Shown here: positions 8,283 through 17,813 of the stretch, in pieces
How positions within the stretch are numbered: position 1 is the first letter of the stretch
How the letters are laid out: every line of letters begins with the position of its first letter
Source of the DNA: a virus
Direction: 5' to 3' (one strand)
DNA: 53,903 bases
Virus record (IMG/VR): IMGVR_UViG_3300027439_000001
Coordinates: 1 to 53,903 of that record
The notes under the pieces: generated by a model
Seen by the model: the letters and a program-made list of their open reading frames with translations, nothing else
What the model was told of the DNA's origin: nothing
Databases searched by the model: none
Program-made: the position numbers and the translations under genes

Positions 8283-10335
8283 TACTCTTTCGCTGTCTCT
8301 TGCTCCCAGGCTTCTTTGAAGCATTTGGTTTCTGCGGCGGAGGATAGCCCAAGAGCTTCCACTTTTGCAGAGGATCATTTTTATAGAGTTCGATCTGACG
8401 TATCGCGGCACTCGCACTCGGAATGGACCCGAGTTCTTCGAGCAACCCATACACCACATCCAGAGTCGTCGGCACGCCAGCTTGCGTTAGATTCAAGAGT
8501 GTATTCAGCCTCGCAGACGGCCCTGAAGGTTGACGGCTCCCGGCTTTTGCCTCAACGATGAATGGGTCGGTGAGGTACGACCCGAGCATCGGAGTTGGTT
8601 CGGGAACGCCTGCCTCGTTCTTGATCTGAACGATGATCGGACTCGTATAGAACCGCGCCATGAGTTCCAAAAACTGCTCGCCTAAGGTTCGCATACACCG
8701 CGATAATCCGCCGAGCGAATCCCGGAATCGTACCCCAGACGCCTCTTGCCCAAGGGTCATCGTCTCGGTAGAAATCTGCGGCTTCGGAGGCATCTTTCCG
8801 AGCATGATGTCCGAAAGCCCCGATAAGTCTTTGATTTGATCGACCAGAAACTTAATGTGTGGGATGACATATCCAGGCAATTCTGGGGCTGGTTCTCGCT
8901 TCGAGTACCGAAGCGATTGAATCGTCTCGCGCAAAATCCCGCCTGGAGCGTTCGTGAAATCGTCGTTAGAAAGCGGGTCGCCTTCCCACACTCTCCAGAT
9001 GTTGTTTCCAGTGAGATTGCCCGTATCGAAAACAATCGACACGAACCTGACTAATTGTTCGTAGACGTCGGCTATGAGGTCGACGTCGGAAGGGCCGGGG
9101 TTCTTCCCCCCAGGGTCGGAGTTAGCGACGATCTCAGCAAACGGGAAATACCCTAAAGGGTTCATCCGGTCGTCAATGTCGATGTCCTCGTCCACGATGG
9201 TCACAAGGCGGCCCTGCGGATAGAGCGGGTACCTCACCTTATGCGTGATGGCTTCGAGGGCGGGCTGGTCGGAGAGAATCTTGATTCCCCCACCCTCCAT
9301 CGCATCGTACATCGCCGATACCAAAGACTCGGGGAGTTCGTAAATAACGTCCCCTTCGGTCACGACTCTCCGCAGAGGCTCCGTATCGTAGGAGTCCATC
9401 GTCTCGTACATTTTTGGCTGGGTCGCCGGTTCGCCCGAGGTTAAAAACTGGACCTCATCGACTTCGATTGTCTTGTGAGGGCGGGTCCAGTATTCCCGAA
9501 CGAGGATCCCTGACGACCCGGAAGCCGAGTCCGGGGGATTCGGAGAGGCGGTGTACGCCGGGGTGTAATAGGTCTGCCCGCCGGCCGATTGCGGCATGGT
9601 GTAGGCCGCAGGCGGGGCCATGACGGTCTGATTGTCGTCCCGAGCGTCTCTAGGCTGATCGTATTTGTGAGCTAACTTACCTCGCAACCCATCGAACCGG
9701 GCGCAGAGGGAACCGTAAGACTCACGGTACTCGTACAAGACGATCTCAGCGTCGTCGATGCAAGTCGAGTTCTGATCTCTCCAGACCTGCTCTCCGAGAA
9801 CATAGGCGAGTTTAGGCCGTCCTCTCCCACCTTGGGCCAGAGAATCGAAGGTTAGGCGAAGATAGGATACCTTCTGGACTCGAGAGACAAGTACGGCGTC
9901 GTGGATCTTCTGCTCCCAGTCGCCGGTTGTGTACGCTTGGTTCCAGGCAGCCGTGGCAATATCGGCCCGCTTCTGCTTGTCCCGGTTGACCGCTGTGTAA
10001 CTTACCGAGGGCTTTGCATCGCAGAGAATGGCCGTCCACGTGAGGGGAACTGTCGCCGTATAGTTGAGGCGGGTTCCGATCTTCCACTTCGGTCTGTCGC
10101 CCCACCAAGGGCAGCCACCTCGGGAAAGTTCGGTGTTTTTCCGCATCTCCTCATGGACTTTCTCGCCCTCGCGCTTGAGGGTACCGTTGACCCTCCTCCC
10201 CCAAGCCACCATTTTACTCTCTGGGCCAGTGCGGGTCTTTTGAGACTTGGGTGGCTCGTCGGGCCCCCCGCCAAACCACTTCCCGGCTGCTGCGCCGGGG
10301 CCGAGTTCACTAGCGTCTGCGCCAAATACGCTCAT
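8269..10335 (-). CDS. portal protein (candidate)
   Basis: 688 aa; size and position upstream of the scaffold and capsid genes; no motif verified. Confidence 0.55.
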   Translation of the reverse strand: MSVFGADASELGPGAAAGKWFGGGPDEPPKSQKTRTGPESKMVAWGRRVNGTLKREGEKVHEEMRKNTELSRGGCPWWGDRPKWKIGTRLNYTATVPLTWTAILCDAKPSVSYTAVNRDKQKRADIATAAWNQAYTTGDWEQKIHDAVLVSRVQKVSYLRLTFDSLAQGGRGRPKLAYVLGEQVWRDQNSTCIDDAEIVLYEYRESYGSLCARFDGLRGKLAHKYDQPRDARDDNQTVMAPPAAYTMPQSAGGQTYYTPAYTASPNPPDSASGSSGILVREYWTRPHKTIEVDEVQFLTSGEPATQPKMYETMDSYDTEPLRRVVTEGDVIYELPESLVSAMYDAMEGGGIKILSDQPALEAITHKVRYPLYPQGRLVTIVDEDIDIDDRMNPLGYFPFAEIVANSDPGGKNPGPSDVDLIADVYEQLVRFVSIVFDTGNLTGNNIWRVWEGDPLSNDDFTNAPGGILRETIQSLRYSKREPAPELPGYVIPHIKFLVDQIKDLSGLSDIMLGKMPPKPQISTETMTLGQEASGVRFRDSLGGLSRCMRTLGEQFLELMARFYTSPIIVQIKNEAGVPEPTPMLGSYLTDPFIVEAKAGSRQPSGPSARLNTLLNLTQAGVPTTLDVVYGLLEELGSIPSASAAIRQIELYKNDPLQKWKLLGYPPPQKPNASKKPGSKRQRKSSGAG

Positions 10336-10535
10336 TGAATGGACCGAACGTGCGTAGAGAGGTACCGCAAACTGAAGTTCCCTTCAGCCGTGACGGCGAG
10401 GGCGTAAACGGCTACGCTCACCTCCATCGTCTGCCAGTCAATCGTCTCGAAGTTCACGGTCTTGCCGGGCCGAATGTAGACCCTCGCCCCGTCTTGAGGA
10501 CCTCCCATGACCGGAACCTCAAGTAAATCGTTCAA
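10332..10535 (-). CDS. hypothetical protein
   Basis: 67 aa; 4-nt overlaps with both neighbours. Confidence 0.55.
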   Translation of the reverse strand: MNDLLEVPVMGGPQDGARVYIRPGKTVNFETIDWQTMEVSVAVYALAVTAEGNFSLRYLSTHVRSIQ

Positions 10536-11275
10536 ACCGCAGACCGTCTATCAACCCGAGGATTCGCCAGGAGGCGGCGCATCGGAAGGCACTCGCCCTT
10601 GACCCGTTCGAGGTTCGCCTTCACGTTCCGAACCGGCCTAGACTCCAATTCCGCCTGTGCTGCCAACCGCTCCCGCACATATCCCTTGTCCCAGAGTACC
10701 ATGTTCTTAGTTTTGGAGCGATAGTCGGTGCGCCCATTGACTTGTGTTCCGCCCCGGATAATCGTCCCATCCTGAGCCCGAAGAATCTCTCCATCCAAGA
10801 TCACCGGGTCGTTGCCCGGAATCGTCTCGTAGTAGCCCGCGTAGAACTCATCACTTGCTTGGATGTTGGCGCTCTGTAAGACCTCTTGGAACTGCTCGGC
10901 GCTCTGAACGTGACGGCTCGCCTGGCTCTGTCTCTGCGTGACCTTCCAGCCTATCTGCTGCTGAGAAGTGAGTAGAATCGTGGCAATGTCGGTTGAGTCG
11001 GTCTTTTGCATGACCGGCTGCCAGTGTTCTTCCACGAAGGCCGAGACCTGACGCACCCGGTCTTTCGGAACCGACGTCGCCTCGGACATCGAAACAAACC
11101 GGGGGGCTGCGAGGGTCGCTTCGAGGTGGGCCGGGGCGGGAAGGTTCGCTCGAGCCGAATGCGGGGCGGCGATCGGGAGCCCAGTTCGTTCCTTCCAAAA
11201 CGAATCCGTCGAGAGGACGTCCGAGGCGGGGCCTCGGGGGTCCAGTAGTTTGTTGAGCGCGCTCCAAAGCCCCAT
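10532..11275 (-). CDS. hypothetical protein (first gene of the late block; function unknown)
   Basis: 247 aa; GC-rich third codon positions from the first codon; ATG lies 8 nt from the divergent terL ATG. Confidence 0.55.
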   Translation of the reverse strand: MGLWSALNKLLDPRGPASDVLSTDSFWKERTGLPIAAPHSARANLPAPAHLEATLAAPRFVSMSEATSVPKDRVRQVSAFVEEHWQPVMQKTDSTDIATILLTSQQQIGWKVTQRQSQASRHVQSAEQFQEVLQSANIQASDEFYAGYYETIPGNDPVILDGEILRAQDGTIIRGGTQVNGRTDYRSKTKNMVLWDKGYVRERLAAQAELESRPVRNVKANLERVKGECLPMRRLLANPRVDRRSAV

Positions 11276-11283
11276 GAAGCAAA

Positions 11284-13323
11284 ATGCGCCCCTCCGACGA
11301 AAGGTCCTCCTCGTTGAAGAGTCTCTACGCCCCTAACGAACGTATGAGCGTCCCCGAGTTTTTCGTCAACAAGTACGGCTCGGATACCCCCGAGCCCGGC
11401 CACGAAAACATCTGGCGCGTGGCATTGACCAAGCAAATGCACGACTCGTATGTGTTCACCGCCGAGAACTTTCTGTATATCGCGGACAAAAGCGGCAACC
11501 TGACCACCATGAAGCCCTTTGTCGGACAGGCCATCCTGGACTACACCCTCGACAGCCAACTCCGCAACAACCTTCCTGGACGAGTCGGAGAGGTCAAGGT
11601 TCGGCAGATCGGTTGGACCCTCCGTAACATCGGACGGGGACTGCATTTCTGCCTAGACGAGAACCGCCGTTCGCTGCTCTTGGTAGACGATGAGGACGTG
11701 GCAAACGAACAAGCCACCCGCCTCGGCACGATGCTTAATGGACTACCTGGTTGGATGCAACCGATGCGTCGCATCCAAAATATGAAACATTATGTACTGG
11801 ATAACCCGAACCCAAAAGACCGGCTTGCCAATCCCGGCCTGAACTCGGCCATTCAAATAACCGTTCCGTCGTCTTTCCGTGGCGTCCCGACCGGCTTTGT
11901 GTGCATCATGGAATACGCTCACATGGATTCGCAACGGCAATCGGATGTTATGTCCGGTATCATCTCGGCTATGCCGCTTTCTCCTCACTCCATTCTCATC
12001 ATCGACACGACCCCCGCTGGAATTGATGACTCATATTACCCGATGATTATGGAGGCAATCGAAGATAATCCAAAATGGACGAGACGAATTGAGAATTGGA
12101 AAGGCGAGCTTACCGCTCAAGAAGTCTATGACGGCATCTTAGGCGTCCCCGATACCGTCTCCAAGGGCTATCCGGGAGTAATGATTCCCGCCGTGTGCCC
12201 GTGGAGACTGCACGAAGAGTACGACGTGCGCTCCAAGGTCAATCCAAAAGGCGAAATCAAGAGGCCTTTTAGTAAAGAACAGCAAGCCGAAACTTTGAGC
12301 ACGCTCGGGCAGATCGCAAAGTACGGGGCTGAAGAAGAGTTCGAGTTACGCGATAAGTACGGCGTCTCGCTTTCCCGCCTCTTCTGGCGGCGTCGGAAAA
12401 TAGACGGCTACAAAATGCCGACCGACGAAATGAAACTCCTGACTTTTCGACAGGAGTTCTTCGGCTGCACCATCGCCGAAGCGTTTATTGAATCAGGTTC
12501 TGCGCCATTTGACCGTGCCTCACTCGACACCATCTCTCGTCAGGAGAAAGAGCCTGTAGCAGTCGGACTTTTCAGAGGTGAAGACGAGTTCGACCACCAC
12601 GCAGCAAACCAGTGGCAAGAAATCCGCATCTATGCTCCACCCCAAAACGGCGAGAAATACACGATGGGTGTGGACACAGATATTGCCTACGAGTCACCGG
12701 ACTCCGATGCTACCGTCGCCCAAGTCGTGCGCTTCCGTGACAACAAAATCGTTCTAACCTACGAGGCTCGTGTTCCGTCGTACCTGCTTCGCCAGCAACT
12801 ACTGTTCATCTACCGCTGGTACTTCAACTGCTACTACGCTATAGAAACGATGGGGATAGGCTACGAACTCGTACGAACCTGTATGGACCAGGGGATGAGT
12901 AACGTCCACTACTGGAAACGCTACGACGCCGACTACCCAGAGCCGTCAAAGTATCCCGGCTGGCAGACCGATGCGAAGACTCGGCCCCTCATGGACCAAA
13001 CTTTCACCGAACTCGCCTGCTACCGTAACAGAGAAACTGGCAAACCGGAGCCCGACATCATCATCCCCGACGCTAAGACGATACGCGAGATTCGCGGTCT
13101 GTCGCGAACTCCAACCGGCGCGTACAAGTCCTCACGCGGCAAGGACGATCACTACGATGCGCTGTGCATCGCTCTCTGCATAGCGCGGGATCCGTATTCT
13201 GGTCTGCATCGCAAGAACGAAGAAGAAGAGGCTGAGAAGAAAAAGGAGTTCGAGGAACGGTTTATTGCGATGACTCGGATGGGAGTTTCAGATCGCAACC
13301 ATCCATCTTTGAGTGAATTGTAG
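11284..13323 (+). CDS. terL: terminase large subunit
   Basis: KVRQIGWT (K-x-RQ-x-G-x-T/S Walker-A-type box seen in P2-like terminases), LLLVDDED Walker B, nuclease acidic boxes MGVDTDIA and GKDDHYDALCIA. Confidence 0.8.
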   Translation: MRPSDERSSSLKSLYAPNERMSVPEFFVNKYGSDTPEPGHENIWRVALTKQMHDSYVFTAENFLYIADKSGNLTTMKPFVGQAILDYTLDSQLRNNLPGRVGEVKVRQIGWTLRNIGRGLHFCLDENRRSLLLVDDEDVANEQATRLGTMLNGLPGWMQPMRRIQNMKHYVLDNPNPKDRLANPGLNSAIQITVPSSFRGVPTGFVCIMEYAHMDSQRQSDVMSGIISAMPLSPHSILIIDTTPAGIDDSYYPMIMEAIEDNPKWTRRIENWKGELTAQEVYDGILGVPDTVSKGYPGVMIPAVCPWRLHEEYDVRSKVNPKGEIKRPFSKEQQAETLSTLGQIAKYGAEEEFELRDKYGVSLSRLFWRRRKIDGYKMPTDEMKLLTFRQEFFGCTIAEAFIESGSAPFDRASLDTISRQEKEPVAVGLFRGEDEFDHHAANQWQEIRIYAPPQNGEKYTMGVDTDIAYESPDSDATVAQVVRFRDNKIVLTYEARVPSYLLRQQLLFIYRWYFNCYYAIETMGIGYELVRTCMDQGMSNVHYWKRYDADYPEPSKYPGWQTDAKTRPLMDQTFTELACYRNRETGKPEPDIIIPDAKTIREIRGLSRTPTGAYKSSRGKDDHYDALCIALCIARDPYSGLHRKNEEEEAEKKKEFEERFIAMTRMGVSDRNHPSLSEL

Positions 13324-13609
13324 ACACGTCAACACCCGCTTCTCGGAGTAGGTCTTCAAGGGACGCCAACGCAATCTCGCACTGTACCCTCACTAGTTCT
13401 GCAAGTTGGCTTTTGTCATTTCCACAGCGTTCTATGTCCGAAAGGGAAATCTCAGCAGTTGATTGGGCAGAAGTCTTAGGTGGCGGAAAAACGTCCATCA
13501 CTACGAAGCGCGCCATGTAGTATGGCTCCCTTGTGTATGTTTCCCCGCTTTCCGGGTCTGTCCAGGTTGAGGGCGCAACGAACACCCACGGAATAAACTC
13601 AATTTCCAA
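13262..13609 (-). CDS. hypothetical protein (last gene of the leftward block)
   Basis: 115 aa ORF; start overlaps the stop of 13599..14126; its 3' end overlaps the convergent terL by 62 nt. Confidence 0.45.
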   Translation of the reverse strand: MEIEFIPWVFVAPSTWTDPESGETYTREPYYMARFVVMDVFPPPKTSAQSTAEISLSDIERCGNDKSQLAELVRVQCEIALASLEDLLREAGVDVSTIHSKMDGCDLKLPSESSQ

Positions 13610-14126
13610 GCGAGTAGTCCATCTGGTCCTCGTGTTTCATCTTCTTGAAGTCCATGAACCAGCTTTGCTTCTCTGACGCAGCCTCAATGAGCGCCAGTTC
13701 CTCTGCGTGTGTCGGAGAAGATGGGTCGAGCCAAAAGAACGTCGGCTCCCACAGTTTCGGGATGATCTCGCGTAAGAACGTCATGGCGTCTCCATCGTAT
13801 ATCTCGAAGTCAGGGAACCTTCTGGCAATCTCCGCCGCGTATTCGGTGTCTGACTCGCAAGCGTAGCCGGTGAGTTGCAGGCGGGCCGCAGCGTCCATCC
13901 CAGCCATGCTCCTGTTAGACTGCGGCTCTACAAAGAACTTGATCCCCTTCTGGGCTACGAGATTCGCAAGCGGCATGAAACTGGCTGGTTCTTGCACGTT
14001 TTTCTCATCTGGAACAGCAAGAATATCATCTAGGCGTTTAATGACATCGTGCCACGAACGCGACCCGCTACTTAGGTCGTTCCGCAATTCCTGCACCTTG
14101 GAACGAAGAGTATCCGGCTGCGTCAT
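13599..14126 (-). CDS. methyltransferase-like protein, degenerate paralog of 14123..14695
   Basis: 175 aa; shares the FFWLD(P/A) block (TFFWLDPSS vs VFFWLDAHF) and layout with its neighbour, but the glycine motif is degenerate. Confidence 0.35.
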   Translation of the reverse strand: MTQPDTLRSKVQELRNDLSSGSRSWHDVIKRLDDILAVPDEKNVQEPASFMPLANLVAQKGIKFFVEPQSNRSMAGMDAAARLQLTGYACESDTEYAAEIARRFPDFEIYDGDAMTFLREIIPKLWEPTFFWLDPSSPTHAEELALIEAASEKQSWFMDFKKMKHEDQMDYSLGN

Positions 14127-14695
14127 TTTGGTTCCTTCGGGGTGAAGCGTAAGACCGTACCAACGATCAAGGCGGTGTGCGTGTCAAGAAAAGGGGAAAC
14201 GTATTCCACGATTGGGTGAGTAGTATCCCCCGGCCAAACCGTTCCATCGGGGAGATCGAATCCTACGCGCTGGTCCCTTATCGGGTTGAGCGGGTCGGCG
14301 ACGTGCTGCATATCGTCGCACCATATCACGTCTCGCGAACAGTCTCGATTGTCTCTAAGCGTTTCTAGTTCGGCAAAGAGCGGCCAGAGATAAACGCCGC
14401 TATCTGAAAAGTGGGCATCTAGCCAAAAGAACACAGACTCTCTCATGGACTGTTTACAGACGTTTCTTAAAAAGGCGGTACTCTCCATTTGAACGACAAT
14501 GGCTTCGGGATACATTGTACTAGCGTTCTCCACACACGCCTCAGACACGTCGCATGAATACGCCGATAGTCCCATAGCATCGGCAACCCGCAAGCCGTGC
14601 GAGTTCTTTCCGGTTCCGGTCTCTACGAGATAACCGAATCCAAACCGCTTTTGAAGCGACTTGATCTCGGGCAGGAAGTCGGTAAGGTCAGACAC
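14123..14695 (-). CDS. putative class I SAM-dependent methyltransferase
   Basis: 190 aa; YLVETGTGKNSHG resembles SAM motif I; FFWLDAHF block. Confidence 0.45.
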   Translation of the reverse strand: MSDLTDFLPEIKSLQKRFGFGYLVETGTGKNSHGLRVADAMGLSAYSCDVSEACVENASTMYPEAIVVQMESTAFLRNVCKQSMRESVFFWLDAHFSDSGVYLWPLFAELETLRDNRDCSRDVIWCDDMQHVADPLNPIRDQRVGFDLPDGTVWPGDTTHPIVEYVSPFLDTHTALIVGTVLRFTPKEPK

Positions 14696-15335
14696 TTAAG
14701 TACCTCCGGGCTAGTTCGATTCTTCGCTCATACGGCAGGCCCGCAAAATGCAGGATCCAGTCCCCCTCCTCATACTCGCTCCAAGGGTACAGATAGATCG
14801 GGTACTCTTTGCGGAGGTAACTGTTCATCGTTCTCTGCGGCATGATACGGCACAAGTCCCGGTTTACCGTGACGAACGCATTGAGAATGGGCTGGTCCTT
14901 GTTCATATTCGGGTTCTTGGTCGCGTCGGCGTAGATGTCGTCCCTCAACGCCCAGTCCAAGAACTCAATGGTTTCCGGGCAGTGTTCCATGAGAAAGACG
15001 CCGGAGTTCACACTTGGTACCCCGTCGTTCTGCCCATCGCGAGTTATGGTCAGAACCTTTGGGCCGTCGATGCGGTCGATCAGAGCCTCGACCTTGGAGG
15101 TCGGGTTCATAAAGAGTGCATCGCAGTCAATCCACAATACCGCATCGTGCTTCTCGATCAGCATCCTTACCAGCCTGAACTTATCGTAGGGCTGCCACCC
15201 TTCCCGCATATCGAACACTCCGTTGTACCCATGCCGGCGACAGTACGCCTCTTTGTTCGGCACGGTCAGTTCTGCGAGTTCTTGGAAATTAGGAGTATGG
15301 AAACTGCACACGGCGATCTCAAATGCGGACGGCAT
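14688..15335 (-). CDS. GT-A fold (DxD) glycosyltransferase, paralog 1 (Mnn10/Gma12- or DUF273-like layout)
   Basis: NKEAYCRRHGY, WIDCDALFMN (DxD), NSGVFLM, LHFAG. Confidence 0.6.
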   Translation of the reverse strand: MPSAFEIAVCSFHTPNFQELAELTVPNKEAYCRRHGYNGVFDMREGWQPYDKFRLVRMLIEKHDAVLWIDCDALFMNPTSKVEALIDRIDGPKVLTITRDGQNDGVPSVNSGVFLMEHCPETIEFLDWALRDDIYADATKNPNMNKDQPILNAFVTVNRDLCRIMPQRTMNSYLRKEYPIYLYPWSEYEEGDWILHFAGLPYERRIELARRYLSV

Positions 15336-15972
15336 GAAACGACCCCGACATCGGCGGCGGAGTCGGAGGACGAAACTGCGTGTGGAAGCCCACGTCTTGT
15401 AAGTATTGCTGAAGCGTAAGGTAGTCGTAGTTCGGGTGCCTGGGATTCTGTCTCAGTCCCCAATAGGTCCGAGAAGGCTGGTGGTACTCGCCGATAATCT
15501 CTTGAATCTGTCTAAACATCACATCTGGAAGTGAGTAGAGAATCTCCCACTCCGAACCTTCAACGTCGATCTTGAGGTACCGCACGTTGCCTACACTGCA
15601 AATGAGTTCATGCAGAGTGATCGTCTCCACATCCACCGTTTCGTGTTCCTGGATAAAGAAACTGTTGTTGCCAACTGGGAAAGGCAAGAAGTCCGGGTTA
15701 TGGTCGCCCACCACGGCCTTGTGGTAGAGGTGTACCCCTTCAAGCGCGCCGACGTTCATGTTTGCAATCGCAATGTTCTGCGGACACGCCTCGAATGAAT
15801 AGATGCTCCGGGAGCCTTGGTCCCATGCTTTCATGGTGAACGCCCCGATGTTAAGGCCGATGTCGAGAACCGTATCGTTAGACGTGAACTTGGGGACGCG
15901 GTACTCGTCATTGGTGTAAACACTCTTCCAGCAAGACTCATCACCCGTCCCTAGACGAAAGGTGTAGGTCAC
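15319..15972 (-). CDS. FkbM-family methyltransferase
   Basis: VLDIGLNIGAFT (SAM motif), SFEACPQN, YLKIDVEGSEWEIL; this order is typical of FkbM-type methyltransferases. Confidence 0.65.
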   Translation of the reverse strand: MTYTFRLGTGDESCWKSVYTNDEYRVPKFTSNDTVLDIGLNIGAFTMKAWDQGSRSIYSFEACPQNIAIANMNVGALEGVHLYHKAVVGDHNPDFLPFPVGNNSFFIQEHETVDVETITLHELICSVGNVRYLKIDVEGSEWEILYSLPDVMFRQIQEIIGEYHQPSRTYWGLRQNPRHPNYDYLTLQQYLQDVGFHTQFRPPTPPPMSGSFHAVRI

Positions 15973-16742
15973 GCCTTTGCCAGAGCACGCGCAGAGAACT
16001 CACGCATCTTCGCGAGCTTCTCCTCAAACGACATACCGGGGAAAGTCACGATCCAGTCGCTCGGTTTGTAGTCTTGCCACTTGTAGCAGATGCCCACACT
16101 CTCGGCCTCAAAGCAGTTCCCGAAGGTCGCGCTGAATGGGGGGATACCCATGAGGTCGCGCATGGAGTCTTGGTCGGAGATACCGCCAAGTTCGATCTTT
16201 CCGTGGCGCACGTTGTTCTCGGTCTTGGCTCGTTCGTAGGCGAAGCGCAGATGGCGTTCGGTTGTATCGTCGGTACGGGCTATGAGGAGGGACGAGTTCG
16301 GGCCGTTCTCATCGTATGTCCAAAGGAAAGAAGACAGGTCCCCCACGTAGGGACTTTCTTTGTTCGATAGCACGGACTCAATTCGCACATCCGTGTTCAT
16401 TATGATCGAGTCGACGTCCAGGTACATGACCACATCGAACAGCCCACGAATGTCGTAGTAGAGTTTGAACTTCTCCCGATCGCCGTCTACAATATCTGTC
16501 CCTGAGTCCTCGTAGGCTCCGGGGAACATCCTTAGCGCGTACTTGTGGCGTTCGCAGTACGCTTGCCAGTTCGCTTCAGCAATCTCTGCAATCGAGTCGT
16601 ACTTGCGGTTGTAGTAGCCGTACAGGCAGACCTTAAAGCCTGGAAGCGGCTTGTCGTCGTCCCAACCATAGATGTTCTTGCGGATGAGCCCTATGCCTGA
16701 GATGAACCACTCGGCTCTGCTCTGCGGGCGGATGATTCTCAT
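15969..16742 (-). CDS. GT-A fold (DxD) glycosyltransferase, paralog 2
   Basis: NWQAYCERHKY, YLDVDSIIMN (DxD), WIVTFPG. Confidence 0.55.
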   Translation of the reverse strand: MRIIRPQSRAEWFISGIGLIRKNIYGWDDDKPLPGFKVCLYGYYNRKYDSIAEIAEANWQAYCERHKYALRMFPGAYEDSGTDIVDGDREKFKLYYDIRGLFDVVMYLDVDSIIMNTDVRIESVLSNKESPYVGDLSSFLWTYDENGPNSSLLIARTDDTTERHLRFAYERAKTENNVRHGKIELGGISDQDSMRDLMGIPPFSATFGNCFEAESVGICYKWQDYKPSDWIVTFPGMSFEEKLAKMREFSARALAKA

Positions 16743-17005
16743 AGACCTGGACTCAATGCCCCCTCTTCGTGGAATCGTGCGTCGTAGTACGGCCTGTCAG
16801 GGTACACCGGAAACGGGCCCTCTTTCTTGCCGCGAATGGATGGGAACGGAACGCCGTGCGACATGCTCGCCACGCTGCGCGCCTCCTCCGGTTCTACATG
16901 AGGATTCTTCTTCAGCCACTCTCCAAGTGCATCCGAAGATTCGAGACAGTAGCCGTGAACGCGGCGGATCTCCGAAGCGAGCCCCCCTTTTTCTGAGCGA
17001 GTCAT
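16739..17005 (-). CDS. hypothetical protein inside the glycosylation island
   Basis: 88 aa; ATGA overlaps at both ends. Confidence 0.5.
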   Translation of the reverse strand: MTRSEKGGLASEIRRVHGYCLESSDALGEWLKKNPHVEPEEARSVASMSHGVPFPSIRGKKEGPFPVYPDRPYYDARFHEEGALSPGL

Positions 17006-17175
17006 GTACTTGAATCTTTCTTCGACGAATCATCCGAGGAGTAGCTAAAGGCGACAAGCACAATGAGAACAATGCTCGACACGAACACTCCCATCCATTC
17101 CCATAAGTGAAAACTCGCAACAACCACCACGGCCGCAAGCAACCAATTCCCTATGTTGTCGATTACCTTGTTCAT
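17002..17175 (-). CDS. 57-aa two-helix membrane peptide inside the glycosylation island
   Basis: Hand translation: MNKVIDNIGNWLLAAVVVVASFHLWEWMGVFVSSIVLIVLVAFSYSSDDSSKKDSST; ATGA overlaps at both ends; below the ORF-track cut-off. Confidence 0.6.
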   Translation of the reverse strand: MNKVIDNIGNWLLAAVVVVASFHLWEWMGVFVSSIVLIVLVAFSYSSDDSSKKDSST

Positions 17176-17813
17176 GTAGCCTTCGCTGCGTACTCGCGCA
17201 AGGTATTCGAGCGAGTAGGTTCTTCTACACCGGCCAGGTGGAGCACAAAGTCTCCCGGCTCATATTGATTAACGTAGTTCCCGTACTCTCCGAAGTCCCA
17301 GCCTTTCAAGGCATAGAGGTTGCAGTTGAAAACTTTACCCGGAACCTCTCTGTAGATTTCCTTGTGCGGAGACTTAATAGCCGTCTGGATGAGCCCCTCT
17401 TGATCTGCCCAGCCTGATACTATGCTCATTGAGGTAGCGACCGTCATAAACAGCATAGCCTCAGGAGAGAAGCGGGCAATGAATACGCCGCTGTTTAGCC
17501 CGTTGACGTCGGTGCCGATAAGGTAGTGAATACTGCGCGGCATCATCCAGTACACAATGTCGGTGATCTTCTTGTCAGAGTTCATTATGATCGCGTCTGT
17601 ATCGACCCAAACGAACACATCGTCTGCCCCGTACCTTCCGGTTTTGTACGCCTCTTGGTATAAAGAAACTTTACAGGCATCTTTATCCGTGCGGTTCTGG
17701 TCGTACAGGAAGTCGTAGTCCCATTTTTCACAGTAGCGTTCAAGGCTCGGGCGCGTGATGTCCGCAAGGCTTTGGTACTCCGGACCGTGCGCGGTACACA
17801 TAACCACCTTCAC
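17172..17813 (-). CDS. GT-A fold (DxD) glycosyltransferase, paralog 3
   Basis: SLERYCEKWDY, WVDTDAIIMN (DxD), NSGVFIA, LHLAG. Confidence 0.6.
   Translation of the reverse strand: MKVVMCTAHGPEYQSLADITRPSLERYCEKWDYDFLYDQNRTDKDACKVSLYQEAYKTGRYGADDVFVWVDTDAIIMNSDKKITDIVYWMMPRSIHYLIGTDVNGLNSGVFIARFSPEAMLFMTVATSMSIVSGWADQEGLIQTAIKSPHKEIYREVPGKVFNCNLYALKGWDFGEYGNYVNQYEPGDFVLHLAGVEEPTRSNTLREYAAKAT

Noticed and set aside
8283-8459. Upstream part of the HNH-2 ORF (starts at 8459 or ATG 8324) overlapping the portal 3' end by 55-190 nt
   Set aside because: The long overlap is unlike the rest of the genome. GTG 8282 has a purine-rich SD-like GAAAGAG. The choice remains uncertain and is flagged in the feature.
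10532-11275. Calling the 247-aa protein, or the 194-aa protein at 20647..21231, the small terminase
   Set aside because: Only positional or compositional hints exist, with no recognisable TerS motif. Both are left as hypothetical.
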